From Nitrospirota bacterium (GTDB lineage: Bacteria > Nitrospirota > UBA9217): a DNA stretch of 17,004 nt. The notes under the pieces are model-generated. The model did not search any database. It had not been told where the DNA came from and was given only the letters and a program-made list of their open reading frames with translations. The DNA is taken from NCBI GenBank assembly GCA_963741205.1, contig CAVUHW010000017.1, forward strand, positions 1 through 17,004. The letters are read 5' to 3'. The position numbers were made by a program, and so were the translations under genes. Below, in pieces: positions 1-7,806 of the stretch (positions are counted from its first letter, which is position 1; each line of letters opens with the position of its first letter).

Positions 1-53
1 GCGCTGTTGGTCAACCATGAAAAACTTTTCGGCATAACCTAAAGTCCACGCAT

Positions 54-86
54 TCCCCCTGCTAGGGGCGAAGCGCCAGGAGGGGG
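54..86. repeat. GC-rich REP-like palindrome abutting the left end of IS copy 1
   Basis: CCCCT-GCT-AGGGG and GGCG-AAG-CGCC stems followed by AGGAGGGGG. Confidence 0.45.
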
Positions 87-1691
87 TCAAGCGGACTGTT
101 TTGGGCATGGATTTGTGCCATGCTTGTGCTACGGAAAACGATATTTAGCCTCACAATATAGGCTGAGGGCGGCAACGTTTTATTTAGTTGCGCTTTCATG
201 CAGCCTCACCTATATTATGAAATCATGGCCATTTTCAAGCGGCATAAAATTCCGTTGCTACCCGACAACGGAACAGTCCGATATTCTCGCCCAGTGGATG
301 GCTTGCCAGCGGTTTATCTACAACGCCAAGGTTGCCGAAGAGCGTTATTTCCGTACTTTCCGGAATCATTCGCTGTCGCTGACCGGACTACAGCCGCCGA
401 TTGATCAGCAGTACGCCCAGTTTAAGGACAAGGAACTCACTCCGTTTCTCTACGATGTGCCATCTCAGATCCTAAGGAATGGCGCAACCAGGTTCATGGG
501 CGCCTGCAAGAGTTACCTGACAGGGCTGGCCGGCCGCCCTGTCTATAAAAGAAGGCGGGACGGCAGTCCGTCTGGATTACCAGCGAGCTATTTAGGTTCG
601 TTCCTACTGGAGGCTCAAAAACAGCGGCAAGACAAAACAATATATGAGCACCGGCTGATGCTTGGCACAAAGTCGGTCGATCTGGGCGAACTTAAGTTCA
701 AGGCTCACGACGAGTACGAGGTTCCGGCGGCTATCACCATTACCCGGGAGTCCGGGAAGTGGTATGTCTCCTTCTCCTATGAGAAGCAAGGCGCAGTTTT
801 AAGCGAGCAGGAACTTCTCGAGCTTTACGGCGGCATGTCTTCAGAGAGTCTTAATACCGTTGCCCTGGGAATGAACCGAGGGGTTGTAATCCCGCTGGCA
901 ACAAGCGACGGATTTATGTATGACTTCTCCGGAATACAAAAAGAGCGTCTGGCAAAAAAGGATGCCCGGAAGAAGAGATATCAGAGACAAATGGCGAGGC
1001 GGATCAAAGGATCCGGCCGATTTAGGCAATCAGCAGCGAAATCAGCCCGGTGCCAGGCGTATGCTGCAAATGTGAGGCATGATTTCGCGCATAAGGCCAG
1101 CCGCAAGCTCGTGGATTCACCCGCGGAGGTGTTCGTCTTCGAGGACCTCAAGGTCAAGAACATGACCAGAGCGCCAAAACCTGAGAAGTCGGCCGGCGGG
1201 ACGTATATGGCGAACGGGTCAAAGGCCAAGGCCGGTCTCAACAAGTCCATACTCGAATCAGCGTGGGGCAAGGTAAAACTCTTTACGACGTACAAAGCCT
1301 CGCGACGCAACAAGCTAGTAATCGCCATACCGCCGCACGGCACCTCACAGGAGTGTTCGAAGTGTTCGCACACTCACCCGGACAACCGCCAATCACAGGC
1401 GGTGTTCGATTGCCAGAGCTGTGGCTTTACGGAAAACGCCGATACCAATGCGTCTCTCGTTATCAAGAAGCGCGGCATAAAAATGCTTGTGTCTGGCGAA
1501 ATTACCGTAAAGCATCACAAACGCGCCATGCGGTTAAGGAAGAAGGAAACACTAGGCCGGGAACCGGCCGAAGTTACGCACGGGGAGAAGCAGATAAGAC
1601 AGGACTTGGGAACTACCCAGGGACTGCACGCTTCTATGATCCGTGAAACCCCCATTGCAACCATGTAAATGGTTCAGTGGCGGGTAGTTCA
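81..1691 (+). mobile_element. IS200/IS605-family tnpB-only (IS1341-like, non-autonomous) element, copy 1
   Basis: Similarity to copy 2 begins at AGGGGGTCAAGCGGACTGTTTTGG (81) and ends at GGTTCAGTGGCGGGTAGTTCATT (~1691-1693), and the flanks differ. It contains tnpB, no tnpA, and a subterminal right-end hairpin. Exact ends are uncertain by a few nt. Confidence 0.85.
217..1668 (+). CDS. tnpB: TnpB (RNA-guided endonuclease family) with RuvC-I D->N and an internal out-of-frame segment
   Basis: N-terminal KFRCYPT..Q HTH motif; RuvC-I LGMNRG (N where copy 2 has D); RuvC-II VFEDL; zinc finger CSKC..CQSC; RuvC-III NADTNA. The in-frame ATG is at 217. The ATG homologous to the copy 2 start (225) is out of frame by one extra base. 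Confidence 0.85.
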   Translation: MKSWPFSSGIKFRCYPTTEQSDILAQWMACQRFIYNAKVAEERYFRTFRNHSLSLTGLQPPIDQQYAQFKDKELTPFLYDVPSQILRNGATRFMGACKSYLTGLAGRPVYKRRRDGSPSGLPASYLGSFLLEAQKQRQDKTIYEHRLMLGTKSVDLGELKFKAHDEYEVPAAITITRESGKWYVSFSYEKQGAVLSEQELLELYGGMSSESLNTVALGMNRGVVIPLATSDGFMYDFSGIQKERLAKKDARKKRYQRQMARRIKGSGRFRQSAAKSARCQAYAANVRHDFAHKASRKLVDSPAEVFVFEDLKVKNMTRAPKPEKSAGGTYMANGSKAKAGLNKSILESAWGKVKLFTTYKASRRNKLVIAIPPHGTSQECSKCSHTHPDNRQSQAVFDCQSCGFTENADTNASLVIKKRGIKMLVSGEITVKHHKRAMRLRKKETLGREPAEVTHGEKQIRQDLGTTQGLHASMIRETPIATM

Positions 1692-1711
1692 TTCTTCTGG
1701 ATATTTTGACG
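1540..1711 (+). ncRNA. Putative omegaRNA/reRNA of copy 1 (scaffold overlapping the tnpB 3' end plus a guide of ~1692-1711)
   Basis: Hairpins GGCCGG-GAA-CCGGCC (1555-1569) and CCATTG-C-AACCAT-GTAA-ATGGTT-CAGTGG (~1652-1680) are conserved in copy 2. The position matches the known TnpB reRNA layout. The 5' end is a guess. Confidence 0.6.
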
Positions 1712-1726
1712 GAGAGATGATAAAAT
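1698..1726 (+). promoter_or_regulatory. Putative sigma70 promoter of the pdxJ operon
   Basis: TGGATA (1698-1703), a 17-nt spacer, and TAAAAT (1721-1726) with extended -10 TG. SD AGGAGG at 1754-1759. Confidence 0.45.
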
Positions 1727-1768
1727 CGTCCTCATCGTTATGTGAACATCGTCAGGAGGAATTGCCGC

Positions 1769-2551
1769 GTGCCCGGCTTGTCCGTTAACATCGATCATAT
1801 CGCCACGATCCGCCAGGCGAGGAGAGGCGTCGAGCCCGATCCCGTTGCCGCCGCCGCGCTTGCGGAGCTTGCCGGGGCCCGGGGCATCATCGCCCATCTC
1901 CGCGAAGACCGCCGGCACGTACAGGACCGCGACCTGCGCCTCCTGCGGGACGTCGTCCAGACCCTGCTGAACATGGAGATGGCGGCGACCGATGAGATGC
2001 AGCGGATCGCCCGGGAGGTCAAGCCCGATTTTTCGACGCTGGTGCCTGAAAAACGGGAAGAGCTTACGACCGAAGGCGGTCTGGAAGTCGCCTCGCGGAT
2101 AGATTTCATGAAGTCCTACATCGGCCGCCTCAAAGAGGCCGGCATAACCGTCAGCCTCTTCGTCGACCCCGATGAGAAACAGATCGCCGCGGCCCGGAAG
2201 GCGGGCGCCGACTGGGTCGAGCTCCACACCGGTTCTTACGCGAACGCGCCGGAAGGGAAGGACCGCGAACGGGAGTTCGCGAAACTCGCCGAAGCTGCGA
2301 CGCTCGCCGCGGGCTTGGGGCTGCGCGTGGGCGCGGGCCACGGTCTAAACTATGTGAACGTTTCGAGGATCGCGGCCATTCCCGAAGTGCAAGAGCTGAA
2401 CATCGGGCACAGCATCATCTCGCGCGCCTCGCTGGTGGGTATGGACCGGGCGGTAAGGGATATGAGGGCGATTGATAAGTACCATAATGAAACAGATACT
2501 AATCCCAAGCGACCGAACGGCAAATTCGCAGAGAACGTTCTGGTTCCATGA
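1769..2551 (+). CDS. pdxJ: Pyridoxine 5'-phosphate synthase
   Basis: [46 protein letters not shown] and ELNIGHSII motifs. GTG start at 1769 follows AGGAGG. Confidence 0.96.
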   Translation: MPGLSVNIDHIATIRQARRGVEPDPVAAAALAELAGARGIIAHLREDRRHVQDRDLRLLRDVVQTLLNMEMAATDEMQRIAREVKPDFSTLVPEKREELTTEGGLEVASRIDFMKSYIGRLKEAGITVSLFVDPDEKQIAAARKAGADWVELHTGSYANAPEGKDREREFAKLAEAATLAAGLGLRVGAGHGLNYVNVSRIAAIPEVQELNIGHSIISRASLVGMDRAVRDMRAIDKYHNETDTNPKRPNGKFAENVLVP

Positions 2552-2631
2552 CATTCGGTGCTTTGGTTTTTCTCGATTTACTTAGAATTTCTACGATGTG
2601 AAATTGGAAATTTGTATTACTGGGGGGAGAT

Positions 2632-3006
2632 ATGATCGTCGGCATCGGCGTTGACCTGGTGAAGATCAGCCGCATCGACAAAGCGGGAAAGGACCATCCC
2701 AGCTTTCTTGAACGGGTGTTTACACAGGGGGAGCGGGAGTACTGCGCCAAGCAGAAATTTCCCGCCCAGCACTACGCAGGGAGGTTCGCCGCAAAGGAAG
2801 CGGTGCTCAAGGCCATCGGCACGGGCTGGAGCGCGGGCGTCAAATGGACGGACATGGAAGTTCTCCATGGAGAGGGCGGGGGCCCGATCGTGAACATCTC
2901 GGGGAGGGTGAAGGACCTCATGGACTTAAAAGGCGTGAAACAGATCCACCTGAGCTACTCGCACGACGAGGGGTATGCCGTGGCGCAGGTGGTGCTCGTA
3001 GGTTAG
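2632..3006 (+). CDS. acpS: Holo-[acyl-carrier-protein] synthase
   Basis: GIGVDLV, RFAAKEAVLKA and SYSHD motifs; canonical pdxJ-acpS order. Confidence 0.96.
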   Translation: MIVGIGVDLVKISRIDKAGKDHPSFLERVFTQGEREYCAKQKFPAQHYAGRFAAKEAVLKAIGTGWSAGVKWTDMEVLHGEGGGPIVNISGRVKDLMDLKGVKQIHLSYSHDEGYAVAQVVLVG

Positions 3007-3027
3007 GAGTTCAAAGTTCAGAGAACA

Positions 3028-3050
3028 GTAGTCGCAGGCTTTAGCCTGCG
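3028..3050 (+). repeat. GTAG-type REP
   Basis: GTAG-T-CGCAGGCT-TT-AGCCTGCG, a perfect 8-bp stem after a GTAG tetramer. Confidence 0.7.
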
Positions 3051-3059
3051 TATAAATTT

Positions 3060-4610
3060 ATGAAAATTGTTACCGCACAACAGATGAAAAACATCGACCG
3101 CCGGGCGATCAGGGGTTTCGGCATTCCGGGGCCGGTTTTGATGGAGAACGCCGCTTCCGCGATCATGACGGAGATGGATAAGTTCTTTGACGGTCTCGCT
3201 GGCATCAGGGTCGGCATCTTGTGCGGCAAGGGCAATAACGGCGGCGACGGCCTGGCGCTCGCCAGGAGACTCAAGATCCGCGGCGTGCCGGTCCGCGTGG
3301 CGCTCCTTGCACCCTTTTCCGCGGTAACCGGCGAAGCAAAAGTCAATTTGTCCATCCTCCGCAAGACGGATGTCGAAATCAGGGAAAACGCCGCGGCCCG
3401 GTCTCTTGCCGACATCATCTCGTGGTCCGATGTCCTGGTGGACGCCCTGCTCGGCGTGGGTCTCGCATCCCCCTTGAGGGGCGCCTACGCCCGGGCCGTC
3501 GCCATGGTGAACGCATCAGGCAGGCCTGTTGTCAGCGTCGATATCCCGACGGGCATCGACGCCGATACCGGGGCGGTCATGGGCTCGGCGATCAAGGCCG
3601 ATCTCACGGTCACGATGGCGCTCCTTAAGCGCGGGCTGGCTCTTTATCCGGGGGCGGAGTACTGCGGTACGGTCCGCGTCGCGGACATCGGGATTCCCCC
3701 GGAAGTCATAGAACAAGAAAAGATCGCGGTGAGGCTGCTGGACCGCAGCTCCGCCTGGGGCGCCGCAGACCGGAGGAAGCGGGACAGCCACAAGGGAGAC
3801 TACGGCCATCTGATGGTCGTTGCCGGCTCGCCCGGCAAGGCAGGCGCGGCGATCATGGCCGCGCGGGGCGCCCTTCGCGCCGGCGTCGGCCTGGTAAGCG
3901 TCGCAACGCCGAACGGTCTCGTCCCGGTGGTCCAGTCGCAGCTTGCCGAAGCCATGTGCGTTCCCGCTGCGGAAAGCATTGAGGGCACCCTCGGCGCCGG
4001 GTCCGACGAGGAGTTGCTCAAGGCCGCGGAGCATATGAGCGCCGTCGCGCTGGGCCCCGGGCTTTCGACTCACTTTGAAACCGTACAGGTGGTGAGACAT
4101 ATGGTCCAGCGGCTGAAGGTCCCCATGGTCGTCGACGCCGACGGTTTGAACGCATTTGCCGGGTACACCGGCATCCTGAAAAAGGCAAAGGCGCCCGTGA
4201 TCCTGACGCCCCACCCGGGCGAGATGGGCAGGCTTGTAAGCATGTCATCGTCCGACGTGCAGAAAGACCGCCTTGGCGTCGCCTCGCGGTTCGCGATGGA
4301 GCACAAGGTCATCCTGGTCCTCAAGGGCGCCGGAACCGTGGTCGCGCTGCCGGACGGACAGATGTTCATCAATACGACCGGCAACCCCGGCATGGCCACG
4401 GGCGGGACCGGCGACGCGCTCACCGGCATGATCGGCGGGCTCCTGGCGCAGGGCCATCCCGCGGCGCAGGCCGCTTGCCTCGGCGTATACCTTCACGGGC
4501 TCGCGGGCGATCTCGCGGCAAAAGAAAAGGGCGAGGCGTCAATGATTGCCGGGGACCTGATCGAGAAGATACCGGAAGCGATGAAAACATGTAAAACGCA
4601 GAGCACATAG
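3060..4610 (+). CDS. nnr: Bifunctional NAD(P)H-hydrate epimerase/dehydratase (YjeF; NnrE-NnrD fusion)
   Basis: LMENA, GKGNNGGDG, DIPTG, HKGDYG, GPGL, DADGLN, TPHPGEM, LKGA and GMATGGTGD motifs. Confidence 0.96.
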   Translation: MKIVTAQQMKNIDRRAIRGFGIPGPVLMENAASAIMTEMDKFFDGLAGIRVGILCGKGNNGGDGLALARRLKIRGVPVRVALLAPFSAVTGEAKVNLSILRKTDVEIRENAAARSLADIISWSDVLVDALLGVGLASPLRGAYARAVAMVNASGRPVVSVDIPTGIDADTGAVMGSAIKADLTVTMALLKRGLALYPGAEYCGTVRVADIGIPPEVIEQEKIAVRLLDRSSAWGAADRRKRDSHKGDYGHLMVVAGSPGKAGAAIMAARGALRAGVGLVSVATPNGLVPVVQSQLAEAMCVPAAESIEGTLGAGSDEELLKAAEHMSAVALGPGLSTHFETVQVVRHMVQRLKVPMVVDADGLNAFAGYTGILKKAKAPVILTPHPGEMGRLVSMSSSDVQKDRLGVASRFAMEHKVILVLKGAGTVVALPDGQMFINTTGNPGMATGGTGDALTGMIGGLLAQGHPAAQAACLGVYLHGLAGDLAAKEKGEASMIAGDLIEKIPEAMKTCKTQST

Positions 4611-4703
4611 ATGGCATAGCGTTAATTGACTACAAAGTGGTTTACATCTACCATGTTTAGTCTTCATGCGCTCTGCGCTATGCGCACTTTACCGAGGTAC
4701 TCA

Positions 4704-5159
4704 ATGCTTACTGCCAAAGACATCATGACCAGAGACGTCGTCTGTGTAAAACCCGAAACCTCCATCGAGGAACTGGCCACTATCCTGGTGCAGAACGAGA
4801 TCAGCGGCGCGCCGGTGTTGGACGATTCCGGCGGCCTCTACGGCATCGTGACGGAAAACGATCTCATCAGCCGAAACAAACGGCTCCATATCCCCACGGT
4901 CGTCAGCTTTCTCGACGCGGCCATCTATCTCGAAAGCTCGAAGAAATTCGAGCAAGAGGTGAAGCGCCTGACAGCCACGAAGGTCGGCGAGATCTGCACG
5001 CGCAAGGTCATCACGATCCCGGAAGACGCTTCCGTCGTGGACATCGCCACGATCATGTCCGATAAGAAGGTATACCTGCTTCCCGTCGTCAGGCACGGCA
5101 AGGTCCTGGGCATCGTGGGAAAACGCGACCTGCTGAAGGCGGCGAGTCTGGCTGAATGA
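4704..5159 (+). CDS. CBS-domain pair protein
   Basis: AKDIMT..V, ISGAPV..GIVTENDL and LPVV..GIV..RDLL motifs. ATG at 4704 follows GAGG. Confidence 0.9.
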   Translation: MLTAKDIMTRDVVCVKPETSIEELATILVQNEISGAPVLDDSGGLYGIVTENDLISRNKRLHIPTVVSFLDAAIYLESSKKFEQEVKRLTATKVGEICTRKVITIPEDASVVDIATIMSDKKVYLLPVVRHGKVLGIVGKRDLLKAASLAE

Positions 5160-5629
5160 TGTTCAGCGTGATTGCCGCGACGCCGGAGCAGACCTGGCGG
5201 ATAGGCGAGCTGCTCGGCCGGGCGCTCGGTCCCGGAGACACCGTCTGCCTCTACGGCGACCTGGGCGCGGGCAAAACGAACTTCTCCTACGGCATCGCGC
5301 TGGGCCTCGAAGTGGACGCGCGCTACATCACGAGCCCGACGTTCTCCTTCGTGAACGAGTACAAGGGAAGGACGCCGTTTTACCACATCGACCTCTACCG
5401 CATCAAGGACCCCGACGAACTGGAGAATATCGGATTCGAAGATTATATCGGCGGAGACGGAGTGACCGTGATCGAGTGGGCCGACCGGGCGGATGAGGCC
5501 CTGCCCGCGGAGCGGCTCAGCGTGTATCTCACCTATGTCGACGACAAGAGCCGGGAGATCGGTTTTCTCGCCGAAGGGGAGCGGTACAAGAACCTGCTGG
5601 AAGCGCTGAGGCGGGAACTGAAGGCGTAA
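5156..5629 (+). CDS. tsaE: tRNA t6A biosynthesis ATPase TsaE
   Basis: GDLGAGKT Walker A, TSPTF, HIDLYR and IEWA motifs. ATGA overlap with the CBS gene. Confidence 0.96.
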   Translation: MMFSVIAATPEQTWRIGELLGRALGPGDTVCLYGDLGAGKTNFSYGIALGLEVDARYITSPTFSFVNEYKGRTPFYHIDLYRIKDPDELENIGFEDYIGGDGVTVIEWADRADEALPAERLSVYLTYVDDKSREIGFLAEGERYKNLLEALRRELKA

Positions 5630-5700
5630 GATCTAATGGCGTAGGTTGGACGGTCCATGGTTCAAGATTCACATTAGAAGGCGCATCGGCACGTTATTTA

Positions 5701-5796
5701 CGCAGGTGAACCTGCGGCTACAACGGAATCGAGAAGAACTTTGACCTTGAGCGCATGGGGAATAAGCCAAAACTGCGAACTGAAGTTTGCGGCTAC
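5701..5796 (-). repeat. Two GTAG-type REPs (5701-5721 and 5774-5796)
   Basis: On the minus strand they read GTAGCCGCAGGTTCACCTGCG and GTAGCCGCAAACTTCAGTTCGCA, related to the REP at 3028. Confidence 0.65.
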
Positions 5797-5820
5797 AACC
5801 TGCGTCGAATAAAATCAATT

Positions 5821-6673
5821 ATGAAAAAAATCGGCATCATCGCAAAAGACATCCCCGCTGCCCGGACGGCGGCAAGAAAGCTGACGGCCTGGCTTGAACG
5901 GCGCGGCAAGAAAGTTTATCCTGGACAGTGAAACCGCCGCCGCGCTCAAGACGCGGGGCTATGGCCGGGCGGAGATCCCGCCGCTCGTGGAAATGCTGAT
6001 CGTCCTGGGCGGCGACGGGACGCTTCTGTCCGCGGCCAGGCACGTGGCCGACGCCCACACGAACGTCCCGATTTTCGGCGTCAACCTCGGGAGCCTCGGG
6101 TTCATGGCGGAGGTGTCTTACGACGAACTCTATGACAACCTCGAAAAGGCCATGGCCGGAAAGCTGGAGACCGAGGACCGGATGATGCTGTCCGCGTCCG
6201 TCATACGAGACGGCCGGCGCCGGGCGCAGTACCGGGTGCTGAACGACGTCGTCATCAACAAGGGCGCCCTGGCGCGCATGATGGAGCTCAGGGTCTCGGT
6301 GAGCGACGGTCATCTGACGACCTTGCGGGCCGACGGCCTGATCGTGGCGACGCCGACGGGCTCGACCGCGTATTCGCTTTCTGCGGGAGGACCCATCATC
6401 CATCCGACTGTCCAGTGCTTCGTCGTGACGCCCATATGTCCTCACACGCTGTCGAACAGGCCGATCGCCCTGCCCGACACGGTAGTTGTCGAGGTTTGCC
6501 TGACCTCGCCAAGCGAGGACGTGTCCATCACGCTCGACGGCCAGATCGGATTTCCTCTCGTGCAGCACGACGTCGTGGAGATCAAAAAGTCCCGCTACAA
6601 GATGAGACTGATCAAGCATCCCGTCAAAAGCTACTACGAGATCCTCCGGACGAAACTCAAGTGGGGAAATTAA
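5821..6673 (+). CDS. nadK: NAD kinase (one apparent frameshift near 5920)
   Basis: MKKIGIIAK N-terminus from ATG 5821. The second frame carries GGDGT, GVNLGSLGF, LNDVV, TPTGSTAYSLSAGGP and LRTKLKW. Confidence 0.93.
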
Positions 6674-6702
6674 ATGTAGCAAGTTCAGAGTTCAAAACAT
6701 TA

Positions 6703-6835
6703 ACCCATCCCCACACCCTGCACTCGCGCTAACGCACTCGTAAGCACTGGGTGCAGGCCCTAACCCTCCCCTTGAAGGGGAGGGGACATTTCCGGCTGCT
6801 CCCCCTTCAAGGGGGAGATTGAGAGGGGGATGGGT
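6703..6835. repeat. Nested palindromic intergenic element (REP/MITE-like)
   Basis: Terminal IR ACCCATCCCC/GGGGATGGGT; inner stems CCCTCCCCTT-G-AAGGGGAGGG (6764-6784), CTCCCCCTT-C-AAGGGGGAG (6799-6817) and CCTGCAC..GTGCAGG (6717-6757). Confidence 0.75.
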
Positions 6836-6853
6836 CATTACGCTTAGAAGATC

Positions 6854-7587
6854 ATGGATGAAATCCGTCAAGAGTTTCTGGATATCGTGACCCAGGTCAG
6901 GGCGCACCTTGAATATCAAAAGGCGCTCGGGGTGCGTCATGTTGAAACGGTTTCTGCTGCGGCGGTCGAAAAAGCGCCTCTTCCCGCTGTTTTTCAAACA
7001 TCCCCTGCACCGGCAGGCTCCGCAGACGGTTTGGCAACCGTGCGCGAGGAACTCGGCAACTGCACCCGCTGTAAACTGCACAAGGGCAGGATCGAACATC
7101 GTGTTCGGAGAAGGCGACCCGAAGGCGGTCCTTGTCTTCGTCGGCGAGGGGCCCGGGCAGGAGGAAGATGCAGCAGGGAAGGCCCTTCGTGGGCGCGGCG
7201 GGCCAGCTCCTGACGGATATCATCGTCAAGGGGATGAAGCTCAGGCGGGAGGACGTCTACATCTGCAATATCATAAAGTGCCGGCCCCCCGACAACAGGA
7301 ACCCGGAACCGGACGAAATCGAGGCATGCGAGCCGTTCCTCAAAAAGCAGCTCCAGGCGATCAATCCCGGCGTGATCGTGGCGCTCGGCAACGTCGCCGT
7401 TAAAACGCTCCTCAAGACCGGCGAGGGCATAACCTCGCTCCGCGGGAAATGGCGCGCCTATAACGGCATCCCGCTCATGCCCACGTTCCATCCCGCTTAC
7501 CTGCTCAGAAATCCCAGGGACAAAAAACTGGTCTGGGAAGATATTCAAAAGGTGATGGAGAAGTTGGGGATGAAGGTGAAACCATAA
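6854..7587 (+). CDS. Family-4 (Fe-S) uracil-DNA glycosylase (two apparent frameshifts, ~7091 and ~7175)
   Basis: CTRCKLH, VFGEGDP, GEGPG, RPFVGAAGQLL, KCRPP.NR.P and TFHPAYLLRNP motifs spread over three frames. Confidence 0.9.
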
Positions 7588-7624
7588 ATAAGCAGAGGGA
7601 ATTCAACCAAAAAGTTTTTTTATT

Positions 7625-7743
7625 CGTCATTCCCGAATGGTTCTATCGGGAATCCAGTGTCTTTGAATCTTGTTTCCCTCATGAAAATGCATGGATTCCC
7701 GCCGGAGCCTGCCCACATGACTAAAGCAGGGGCGGGAATGACG
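7625..7743. repeat. dRS3/RPE-like palindromic element
   Basis: Terminal IR CGTCATTCCCG/CGGGAATGACG with internal ATTCCCGA..TCGGGAAT and GGGAATCCA/TGGATTCCC pairs. Confidence 0.75.
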
Positions 7744-7806
7744 GGCTAAGAAGCGTTACTGCAAAATTGTCCGATAAATTCTACCAGCGGCCATAGCATT
7801 CAAACA

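Noticed and set aside
1-42. Possible 3' end of an upstream gene (ALLVNHEKLFGIT*)
   Set aside because: Too short to identify.
115-216. ORF-caller N-terminal extensions of tnpB (115), CBS (4626), rplI (12139) and dnaB (12635)
   Set aside because: The extensions run through IS ends, promoters or repeats. Family-like sequence and RBS signals support the later starts.
5639-5805. CRISPR mini-array associated with TnpB
   Set aside because: There are only two degenerate palindromes, with no identical repeats and no regular spacers. They fit REPs better.
6876-6891. TTCTGGATATcgTGAC in the UDG 5' end matches part of the copy 1 guide (14 of 16 nt)
   Set aside because: The first guide (seed) positions mismatch and no AGGGG-like TAM precedes it, so it is likely chance.
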